Virus record (IMG/VR): IMGVR_UViG_3300031134_000641
DNA: 48,601 bases
Strand: one strand, 5' to 3'
Source of the DNA: an uncultured virus (IMG/VR IMGVR_UViG_3300031134_000641)
Taxonomy: Duplodnaviria; Heunggongvirae; Uroviricota; Caudoviricetes
Positions within the stretch are counted from its first letter, which is position 1. Each line of letters starts with the position of its first letter. The position numbers and the translations under genes were made by a program. Shown one piece after another: positions 35,919 through 43,472 of the stretch. The notes beneath the pieces were generated by a model that ran no database searches, was not told the origin of the DNA, and worked only from the letters and a program-made list of their open reading frames with translations.

Positions 35919-35972
35919 ATCGGAAACTGTGAAGGCCCAACTAGCACTAGTTGGGCCTTCACAGTTTCCGAT
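35919..35972. terminator. 26-bp-arm hairpin, right arm overlapping CCGATA
   Basis: atcggaaactgtgaaggcccaactag-ca-ctagttgggccttcacagtttccgat. Confidence 0.7.
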
Positions 35973-36128
35973 AACACTAGTATGAAGAATACTTTGCTTA
36001 ACTCTTCTTCTCAATAATATTGTTACTATATTATAGTAAACAGCTATACAACCTTTGCGTTTGTGGTACACTTGGCATGGCGATCAGCTTGGCACTGGGC
36101 AAAGTAGATTTTAGTAAAGGAAAAGTCA

Positions 36129-37250
36129 ATGGGCTTATTGGGTTCACTTTTGAGGACAGCTGCACATTCAGCAGTGGCAACGGGGGCAGGTACACTTGTC
36201 GCTCGCGGGATGAATGGCAGTGGGGGAGGTTATGGTTCTCAAGCCCCGTTGATACGTGAGGGGGCGGACACATTATACTTTAATGAGCATCTTCACCCGA
36301 GTCAACGTATTTTTGGCGTTCCTGGGGCTTCTTTGTACTTTGCTAACCTAGACGAAGATGCGTTGAATGCTGGCATTAAGGGTGAACAGGTGGTTGCCGA
36401 AAAGTTGGATAAGCTGACAGAGACAAACTCTAACCTTTATGTATTCCATTCAGTAAAAATCCCCGGTCACCTTGGAGACATTGACCATGTGTTAGTTCAA
36501 GGTAACGTTGTTATTTTGGTTGACAGCAAGAATTGGAAGCATGATGCAACTTATGAGGTGCATACTTCTGGAGTGCTCGGTGAAGAGGATGTTGTTCTTC
36601 GTGATGGGTTAGAGTTTGCAGGTGGCACTATTGGTTTGCAGCGTCAGACAGGGGATTGGGTTCAGTCTATACCTGATTATTATCGTGTCTACTCTGCTCT
36701 GGTTGTGTCTAACACTAAATCAACCATAGTAGACCGCAGGTCATCAGATAAGCCCTACACGTTTATTAACCTTGGAGACCTTGAGCCTTTTGTAAACTCT
36801 TTACTTCATCGTGAGCGCAACGGTTATGAGGCGAACCCTTTACCTTATATTGAGCTACAGAGGTTTGCAACGCGGACTCAGAATCCTAATTTTAATCCTA
36901 ACGATATGAATAACTATGTATATCCAAATGGCATGCCTTATGTGACAGAGAATCAGCCCGCACCTGTCGCCCAGCCTATTGTTAAAGCACCGGCTACAGG
37001 GCTATCAATTGGCATAACAATTTGGTCAATCCTCAATTGGCTCTTGGTACCTCTTATTTATGCGATTATCCCTCTTACAGCTGGCCCTCTTCTTTTTGTA
37101 GCACATCGTCATCTGGCTAAAGCTAAGCGTGAGGGTTTGGGCGGTCAAGGTTTGACTCTTACAAGCATAATTTTCACGTACGCCTTGCTCGGAGTTTGGG
37201 TTGTGTTTATTCTCCTTTACTTTGCCGCTAAGTTACTCTATTCCAGTTGA
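36129..37250 (+). CDS. NERD-domain (PD-D/ExK-like) nuclease with C-terminal TM helices
   Basis: GIKGEQ, FHSV, DIDHVLV, LVDSKNW; 2-3 hydrophobic helices at the C-terminus. Confidence 0.8.
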   Translation: MGLLGSLLRTAAHSAVATGAGTLVARGMNGSGGGYGSQAPLIREGADTLYFNEHLHPSQRIFGVPGASLYFANLDEDALNAGIKGEQVVAEKLDKLTETNSNLYVFHSVKIPGHLGDIDHVLVQGNVVILVDSKNWKHDATYEVHTSGVLGEEDVVLRDGLEFAGGTIGLQRQTGDWVQSIPDYYRVYSALVVSNTKSTIVDRRSSDKPYTFINLGDLEPFVNSLLHRERNGYEANPLPYIELQRFATRTQNPNFNPNDMNNYVYPNGMPYVTENQPAPVAQPIVKAPATGLSIGITIWSILNWLLVPLIYAIIPLTAGPLLFVAHRHLAKAKREGLGGQGLTLTSIIFTYALLGVWVVFILLYFAAKLLYSS

Positions 37251-37309
37251 CTTACAGCTATCAACTATGATATACTTGAGTCAACTTTAGATGACTTTAG
37301 GAGATTATC

Positions 37310-37621
37310 ATGGAAATTGTTCGTTATAACGCGGAGGAGTGGTCTGCGCTGTATGTTGACGGTAAGCTAGACCGTGTTGGCGATGCTTACTTGGTTGACG
37401 AGCGAGTTGGGGAGATTTTGGGAGTTAAGGTAATCTCCGGGGATGAGGGTGAAGATTTCCTTAGGGGAGGTAACACCCGTGAGGATGTTGCTCAGACTCT
37501 GACTGATATCTCAGTTTGGAAGTCTGCGCAGGAGGCTGAGGCAGGTAAGGCCGAACTTCTGGCTCAGGCGGATGCTCTTCAGGCTGAGGTTGACCGTCTG
37601 CGAGCGGCAGCGTCAAACTAG
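37310..37621 (+). CDS. Hypothetical protein with C-terminal coiled coil
   Basis: AGGAG SD; promoter TTGACT(37247)-N18-TATACT. Confidence 0.75.
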   Translation: MEIVRYNAEEWSALYVDGKLDRVGDAYLVDERVGEILGVKVISGDEGEDFLRGGNTREDVAQTLTDISVWKSAQEAEAGKAELLAQADALQAEVDRLRAAASN

Positions 37622-37623
37622 TC

Positions 37624-37673
37624 AACTAAAAAGGAGGCTGACACAGAATTCTGTGTCAGCCTCCTTTTTAGTT
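37624..37673. terminator. 50-bp perfect palindrome, bidirectional terminator
   Basis: aactaaaaaggaggctgacacagaa|ttctgtgtcagcctcctttttagtt between convergent genes. Confidence 0.85.
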
Positions 37674-37678
37674 TCAGG

Positions 37679-38440
37679 TTATGAGTTCATAAGTTTTGAC
37701 AACATTGATTGGAAGTTTGCATTCTCCATGATGAATGTTCTGTTGTGAACTTGGCCGCATGCGCAGGACATGTCTGCTTTGATTCCTACATAATCGTCGC
37801 TGTTGTATGTGTTGTAAAGTTGCCAACTGTAATTTTCTTCGTAGTTTTTGATGATAGCTGGCTTACAATCTTCTTTGATGTGCCTTCGGGCAGAATAGTC
37901 TGAGTTTCCTCTGGAGTCTCCCCATGCACTACCGTTTAAGTCGTAGGCGTCTCCTTCTTCTACGAGTAGGTTTGCTACAGCAAGCTTGAATCCTTCTAAG
38001 GGTTTTTGTGCAGCTTTTTCTAACGCGATTTCTTTTTCAACATTGCTTTTCATGTCTGCTAGCAGGTCTTCACGCAGCTGAGTTATCTTGTTGACATATT
38101 TTCGTGCGTTGGTGGTTGGCTTCATGGTTGCTTTGAGCTTAGCAATGTCACGTTCTTGGTTTTTGGTCCAGTCCGTAAAGAATGTGTATGACTGCAAAGC
38201 AATTTCTTGGTCTGAAATATCTTGTGCAGCTTTCTGTGCTTTCTTAAGGGCACCAGCGGTCACGCTAGGGTCTTTAGCATCAAATTTTACGAAAGTTTCT
38301 TTTAAATCTTTTCGTTGGTTTTCTAGCTTCTCTAGATATGCCCAAATGTCCTCTTGGACACGTGAGTCTGCGCTACCTGTTCTCACAGGGTGCTTGCGGC
38401 AGTTGATGTAGTTTTTACTACAGTTACCATATGCGGTCAT
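37679..38440 (-). CDS. Hypothetical protein with N-terminal Cys/His tag, coiled coil and C-terminal Cys/His residues
   Basis: Tag CSKNYINCRKH; later HIKEDC...CACG; AGGAG SD. Confidence 0.75.
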   Translation of the reverse strand: MTAYGNCSKNYINCRKHPVRTGSADSRVQEDIWAYLEKLENQRKDLKETFVKFDAKDPSVTAGALKKAQKAAQDISDQEIALQSYTFFTDWTKNQERDIAKLKATMKPTTNARKYVNKITQLREDLLADMKSNVEKEIALEKAAQKPLEGFKLAVANLLVEEGDAYDLNGSAWGDSRGNSDYSARRHIKEDCKPAIIKNYEENYSWQLYNTYNSDDYVGIKADMSCACGQVHNRTFIMENANFQSMLSKLMNS

Positions 38441-38458
38441 GTTTTCTCCTTATTAGTT

Positions 38459-38468
38459 TATAGCTAAC
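38459..38468 (-). promoter_or_regulatory. GTTAGnnAT motif
   Basis: Minus strand reads GTTAGCTATA, then a short leader with AGGAG, then ATG 38440. Confidence 0.65.
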
Positions 38469-38601
38469 AGTTTTTGTATCTGATGCATTCTGTGCATTTC
38501 AGTCATGTTACACCAATATTGCCGATATATTAAGCTTGTAAGCCAAAGAAGTCTGCCACCTCACCCTAAAACTACATGTTAACCTTGAAAGGCTTACTTC
38601 T

Positions 38602-39282
38602 GTGTCACAAAATGATATTTTCCTGTTAGCTCTTGGGATTGTATCATCACTCTCAATGGTTATGTCTGCTATCGCTATTAAGCGTGGCAGGCTTCTTACT
38701 TTCTCTCTGATAGCAAACCTCCTCTGCGTCGCGCAGTATGCTTTCATCGGCTCCTATGTTGGCATGCTCATGTGCAGTGTCGGCGTCATCCGAAGCCTAA
38801 TTTTCTTGCTAGGTGAAAAACATGCTGTCTTCAATCATTGGCTTTTTCTTTTCGGGTTCATCTCTACTAGTGTGTTCGGCTTCTTCGCCTTGAACAACTG
38901 GAGTGACGTTTCTTGGCACTCTTTCCTACCTTTAGTTGGCTCTATACTCAGCAGCATAGCAGTGTTCTTCACTGATGTTCGCTACACTAAGGTCACTTTG
39001 ATTGCCACTGGTTCTGTGTGGCTAACCTATGAGTTTTACAGTGGGCTTTATACTCAGATGATTGGTGAAGGTTTTACTGTGCTAGGGAACATCGTAGCTT
39101 TGAGTGTGCTAGCAGCTGGTTACCGTAAGGGTGTACCTGTTGACCAGATTCGTTCTGTTGAGGAACAGTTTGGTGATGCTGTAACTGGAGCTATACCTGT
39201 TATTACAGGAAAAATACCGGTCATTACAGGTAAAATTTCTCAGGTTACAACAAAAACTAGGCCTATACCTGTTCAGTACTAG
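38602..39282 (+). CDS. YgjV-like inner membrane protein with C-terminal repeats
   Basis: Multi-TM; QYAFIGSYVG, GVIRSLIF, WLTYEF, EGFTVLGNI; tail TGAIPV-ITGKIPV-ITGKI. Confidence 0.7.
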   Translation: MSQNDIFLLALGIVSSLSMVMSAIAIKRGRLLTFSLIANLLCVAQYAFIGSYVGMLMCSVGVIRSLIFLLGEKHAVFNHWLFLFGFISTSVFGFFALNNWSDVSWHSFLPLVGSILSSIAVFFTDVRYTKVTLIATGSVWLTYEFYSGLYTQMIGEGFTVLGNIVALSVLAAGYRKGVPVDQIRSVEEQFGDAVTGAIPVITGKIPVITGKISQVTTKTRPIPVQY

Positions 39283-39310
39283 GAGTGTCTTTGGGTAAGA
39301 TTATGGTATC

Positions 39311-39320
39311 GTTAGTTATC
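39311..39320 (+). promoter_or_regulatory. GTTAGnnAT motif
   Basis: GTTAGTTATC, then a leader with AAGGA, then ATG 39349. Confidence 0.6.
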
Positions 39321-39348
39321 TAGAGTAACCTGATTTAAGGAAAAACAA

Positions 39349-40647
39349 ATGCCAGCTACTAAATGCCGTGCTAAAGGTGGAGTTGCTACCTGCAAGGATC
39401 CCAACTGCCCAGAGAAACGATACCTCGCGGGCCTACAAGGCTCTGGGGCGGCTTTTGGCATCGCCCCTGACAGGGACGCATTCCAGCGAGATTGGTTCCC
39501 TGATGAGGCTCCTGAGGCCGCTGAGGGCATAGCCTGCATTGACAGTATCGCTTCGCTTGAAGAGTTCAACAAAGCTGTGGAAGAAAACCGTATCAGCGGT
39601 CAGAAGCACCCTACTCTTCCTCTTCGTATTTACAAGTACACACCTCAGACAACGTTCAAAAAAGATTGGGATGATGTAACACTTGCCTCCCGTGGTTTGA
39701 TTGTTAACCAGGAGACAGGTGAGATTGTAGCGCGACCTTTTGGTAAGTTCTTTAACTACAATGAGCAGAGTGTCCCTGTGGAACTTATGCGCGGACCTAT
39801 TAGCGTAACTGAGAAACTTGACGGTTCTCTTGGTATCAGCTATGAGGGTGAGAACGGTCTTGAGATTACAACAGCTGGTGGCTTCACTGCTCCTCAGGCT
39901 GCTCACGCTACTAAAGTATACCGTGAGCGTTATGAAGGAAACTGGTCTCCTGACCCTGACAAGACATACATGTGGGAAATCATTTACCCTGAAAACCGTA
40001 TCGTAGTTGACTACGGCGACGAGGATGACATTCACCTTATTGGTGCTGTAGACAAAAGAACAGGTGTAAGCGTTCCTGTTTCTCAGGTGACTGAGTGGAA
40101 GTGGAAGAGAGCCGAAGAGCACACCAACTTGAAAGATATCAACTCTGTAGTTGGCTCTGACGAGCGAAGTAACCATGAAGGTTTCATTGTCCACTACACT
40201 GATACTGACACTCGTGTTAAATTCAAACATGCTGAGTACTTAAACCATCACCGTTATGCTACAGGTATCAACTCCCGTCGTATTTGGGAGATGATGCAGA
40301 GTGGTGAAGATATGACTGAATGGCGCAAGCGTGCACCTGAAGAGTTTGAAGATTACATCAACAACTCAACAAAGAAAATTCAGGATAGTTACGACTCACG
40401 CTACAAAGCTATCCACAAAAGCTATGCCGAGTTCGCTAAAACTGTTCCAGCGGGTGCATCTCAGAAGGAGTTTGCTATCGCCGTGCAGTCAAGAGTGCCA
40501 AGCAAAGACCGAGGTTACTTCTTCAAGATTCACAACTACGGTAAACTGTCTGATGACCCTAAATCTGTTAAAAGCATTTGGGATGAAATCAAGCCAGAAC
40601 ATGAGAATTCATTGTGGGCAGCTGGTAACGGCGTAGAGAAAGAATAA
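39349..40647 (+). CDS. RNA ligase 1 (T4 Rnl1/RnlA family) with Cys-rich N-terminal extension
   Basis: SRGLI, ARPFGKFFN, motif I EKLDGSL, WEII, EGFIV, RVKFK; N-terminus CRAKGGVATCKDPNCP. Confidence 0.92.
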   Translation: MPATKCRAKGGVATCKDPNCPEKRYLAGLQGSGAAFGIAPDRDAFQRDWFPDEAPEAAEGIACIDSIASLEEFNKAVEENRISGQKHPTLPLRIYKYTPQTTFKKDWDDVTLASRGLIVNQETGEIVARPFGKFFNYNEQSVPVELMRGPISVTEKLDGSLGISYEGENGLEITTAGGFTAPQAAHATKVYRERYEGNWSPDPDKTYMWEIIYPENRIVVDYGDEDDIHLIGAVDKRTGVSVPVSQVTEWKWKRAEEHTNLKDINSVVGSDERSNHEGFIVHYTDTDTRVKFKHAEYLNHHRYATGINSRRIWEMMQSGEDMTEWRKRAPEEFEDYINNSTKKIQDSYDSRYKAIHKSYAEFAKTVPAGASQKEFAIAVQSRVPSKDRGYFFKIHNYGKLSDDPKSVKSIWDEIKPEHENSLWAAGNGVEKE

Positions 40648-40664
40648 GGCTTAAAAGCGCTGGA

Positions 40665-40714
40665 AAAAGGCTTTCTGTGATATACTGAAAAGTACACATC
40701 ACAGAAAGCCTTTT
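40665..40714. terminator. 17-bp-arm hairpin with T-tract; TATACT at the loop edge
   Basis: aaaaggctttctgtgat-N16-atcacagaaagcctttt. Confidence 0.6.
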
Positions 40715-40726
40715 CTTTTACATATC

Positions 40727-42814
40727 ATGTCAAAAAAGTACGGTATTGTCTCACCTCCTTCAACTTCCCGCCATGTTAACTTTGTAGCTAACAAAGATGA
40801 AGACCTGACACCTATTGTCGGTCGCTTAGTATTCTTTGACCAAAACGTTGCTGGTGACGTTTACCGCTCAATTGGTACAGTGTCTAACATCAGCACTGAG
40901 AACTCAGACTTCAACGCAACCTACCAGAACATTGTGTCCAGCAACCCAGGTTACAGCAAAACAAACCGAGACTTTAGAAAGACGGAGTTCTCAATCCAGG
41001 CTGTATTTAAGCAGGTTGGAACCGGCTGGCAACAGTATGGTTCTGCACTTCCGACTTCTCCTAGCACAAACAGTGACGTTTACTTGCTTACGGAAGAGAC
41101 AGTAGAGCAGATGCTTTCCGAGGGCGACTATCCTACAGTTGGTTTCTTCAGAGGTATGCAGACGACTCCTCTTCCTTTGAACGTACCTAACTTTGATTCA
41201 TCTCGTGGTGCAGCGCACAGTGCTGTGTTAGGTAAGTCAGGTTCTGGTAAGACCCAGCTTTACGGTATGGTGCTTGGTGGATACATGAAGCATGAAAACC
41301 ATGCTATCTTAGCTATTGACCCTCAGGGGCAGTGGGCTAGCGAAAATGGAATGATCTTCTCTCCACAAAACTTTGCCCGTGGATTAGGACGCAAAGTTTC
41401 TGTTATTCGTGTTTCAGAAGACATTAAGCTTCCCATGGATATTGATGTTCTCACTAAGATGATTGACAAAATTAATCTTTGGTCACGCTTCCGACGAATG
41501 GGAACTGAGCAGCGTGAGGCTTTCTCTAATGAAGTAGCTGAACGTATTGCAGCAACACACAACCTTGACGTTGAGCCTCGCGCCTTGCTGACAACAATCT
41601 TTGCAGGTATCGCCAAATCATCTAACACACTGTCACGTATTTATGTTAAAGGTGAACGTCAGGATGCTTTCCGTGATGAGTTAAAACATCTCGCTGGTAT
41701 CCCTGTTTTCAATGACGAAGGTGAAGAACGTATCTTCACTGAAGAAGATGATGCAGACAAGGAAGCTGTCTGGGATAAGGTTCTATCTGCCTTCAAACCG
41801 CTCCACAGCTTATTTGCGTCCAAGAACCTCACCGGTGGTGTACGACGCCCTCTAGGCGGCAACAGAGGCTTCCTAGGTGAAGTTTTCCAGGTGCGCACAG
41901 CTGACAGCGAACCAGCACCTTACGTTATCCTTGACATGTCGCCTAACATTGAGTTGCATGCTAAAGCATCACTTGACCCATCTAACGACTCTGGCTTTGC
42001 CATGCAGAAACTACTTGACAACCAGGATATCAAAGCACTTATCCTTACCATGGTTCTTGAGGAAATGAAGAAAGCTTCAGAAATAGCATTCGCTGCTGGT
42101 GGAGGAAACCTTAACACACAGATTATGTTTGATGAGGCATGGCGTTATGCACCTGAGGGCCGTGCTACCCCTGAGATTGAAGCTCTAGCTAGTATGCTAG
42201 AAGGTTTTGCTCTTGACACCCGTAAGTTTGGTATTGGTTGGACATACATTCTTCAGTCACCTTCTGACCTGAAGTACGGTATCTGGCGTCAGCTTACCTA
42301 TGTGTTTGCAGGTCACGGTTTAGTCGGTGAAGACGTTAAGCGCCTAGAGGGTCTTACTGACGATCCGAAGCAGATTGACCTTTACCGACAGTTTATTTCG
42401 CCTGCTTCAACCGGTGATTATCCGTTCATGGTAATGGGTCCTATTTCACCTCTTATCTTCACATCCTCACCAACCTTCCTAAACGCTTTCAAAGGTAACA
42501 GTGAATTCCTCTCAGCTAACAAACTTTGGGTTGACGATATCACTTCAAAGCGCTCTCTTCCTAGCATCACCGAAGATTTCTTGAAAGTCAAGATTTCTAA
42601 AAAGCGCAAACCCAAAACCACTGCGGCTGTTGCACCGACAGCAACCGTTGAAGTTGCTAACGATATTGAAGAAACAGTTGAAGCTCCTAAGACAGACTCA
42701 AGCTACCATGTTGGTAAAACTTATGCCTCTGTTAAGCCGCAGATAGCAGTTAAAACAGGCACACGCACACCAACTACACCTATAGTTGACGACCTTGGCG
42801 ACACGCCATTCTGA
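40727..42814 (+). CDS. herA: HerA-like (FtsK/HerA superfamily) ATPase/DNA translocase
   Basis: N-terminal beta-rich (HAS-like) region; HSAVLGKSGSGKT, IDPQGQW, Walker B IMFDEAW, arginine finger TRKFGIG, LQSP; nurA nearby. Confidence 0.8.
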   Translation: MSKKYGIVSPPSTSRHVNFVANKDEDLTPIVGRLVFFDQNVAGDVYRSIGTVSNISTENSDFNATYQNIVSSNPGYSKTNRDFRKTEFSIQAVFKQVGTGWQQYGSALPTSPSTNSDVYLLTEETVEQMLSEGDYPTVGFFRGMQTTPLPLNVPNFDSSRGAAHSAVLGKSGSGKTQLYGMVLGGYMKHENHAILAIDPQGQWASENGMIFSPQNFARGLGRKVSVIRVSEDIKLPMDIDVLTKMIDKINLWSRFRRMGTEQREAFSNEVAERIAATHNLDVEPRALLTTIFAGIAKSSNTLSRIYVKGERQDAFRDELKHLAGIPVFNDEGEERIFTEEDDADKEAVWDKVLSAFKPLHSLFASKNLTGGVRRPLGGNRGFLGEVFQVRTADSEPAPYVILDMSPNIELHAKASLDPSNDSGFAMQKLLDNQDIKALILTMVLEEMKKASEIAFAAGGGNLNTQIMFDEAWRYAPEGRATPEIEALASMLEGFALDTRKFGIGWTYILQSPSDLKYGIWRQLTYVFAGHGLVGEDVKRLEGLTDDPKQIDLYRQFISPASTGDYPFMVMGPISPLIFTSSPTFLNAFKGNSEFLSANKLWVDDITSKRSLPSITEDFLKVKISKKRKPKTTAAVAPTATVEVANDIEETVEAPKTDSSYHVGKTYASVKPQIAVKTGTRTPTTPIVDDLGDTPF

Positions 42815-42858
42815 TAAGAGGAAACAGGATAAAAATGCCAAAAAATGCTTTTAGGAAC

Positions 42859-42868
42859 GTTAGTCATA
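42859..42868 (+). promoter_or_regulatory. GTTAGnnAT motif
   Basis: GTTAGTCATA; 9-nt spacer to ATG 42873. Confidence 0.65.
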
Positions 42869-42872
42869 TCGT

Positions 42873-43406
42873 ATGAGTAGCACACAAGAGATTTTGCGCA
42901 GAGCGCTAGAAGATGATCCTATGATTGTGGAAGCAGTCAACACGGAAGCACCCTCAGCGGTTGGCTCCTTATCTAGCGTACTAAACTACATCATCACAGA
43001 TGCTTTTGACTTATCCTCTGAGGAGTCTCTTTGGGTAGGATATCACATGGGTATCCTGTTGACTCCTCTATCTAATCTTATCCCTACAGCGTCATTAGGT
43101 GCTGTCCGCCAGGAAATGCGGACAAAGGAATACAGTGCCAGGCTTTTCAAACGAAAAGAGTATCCAGATGCTGTGAAAATTGACTCCGCTGTTAAGTATG
43201 CTCCCATTGAGGACTGGGTGGAGTCTTTAAGTGAAATTGTTCTTTCAAGCTATCCTGAGTTACGCCCTATGATTCGCTCCAGCATTATAGGTTCAATCCA
43301 CGGTCTACTAACAGAGTTAGGTTTGAACTCTAACCCTAAGAAATCTCGTGGTTCCCTATACCTACCTAATGCTGTTCGCCACCTACTAGGCTCACGCAGA
43401 GATTAA
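42873..43406 (+). CDS. Hypothetical helical protein
   Basis: 177-aa ORF with a motif-positioned start; possible weak internal duplication (GILLTPL / HGLLTEL). Confidence 0.7.
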   Translation: MSSTQEILRRALEDDPMIVEAVNTEAPSAVGSLSSVLNYIITDAFDLSSEESLWVGYHMGILLTPLSNLIPTASLGAVRQEMRTKEYSARLFKRKEYPDAVKIDSAVKYAPIEDWVESLSEIVLSSYPELRPMIRSSIIGSIHGLLTELGLNSNPKKSRGSLYLPNAVRHLLGSRRD

Positions 43407-43410
43407 TTTT

Positions 43411-43466
43411 TTATATACAAGTTAGGCCCCGTTTAGAATTCTAAACGGGGCCTAACTTGTATATAA
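43411..43466. terminator. 56-bp perfect palindrome between convergent genes
   Basis: ttatatacaagttaggccccgtttagaa|ttctaaacggggcctaacttgtatataa. Confidence 0.8.
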
Positions 43467-43472
43467 CTTACA

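Noticed and set aside
35982..36017. ATG 8 nt after CCGATA giving MKNTLLNSSSQ*
   Set aside because: Only 11 codons; it may be a leader or remnant but cannot be supported as a gene.
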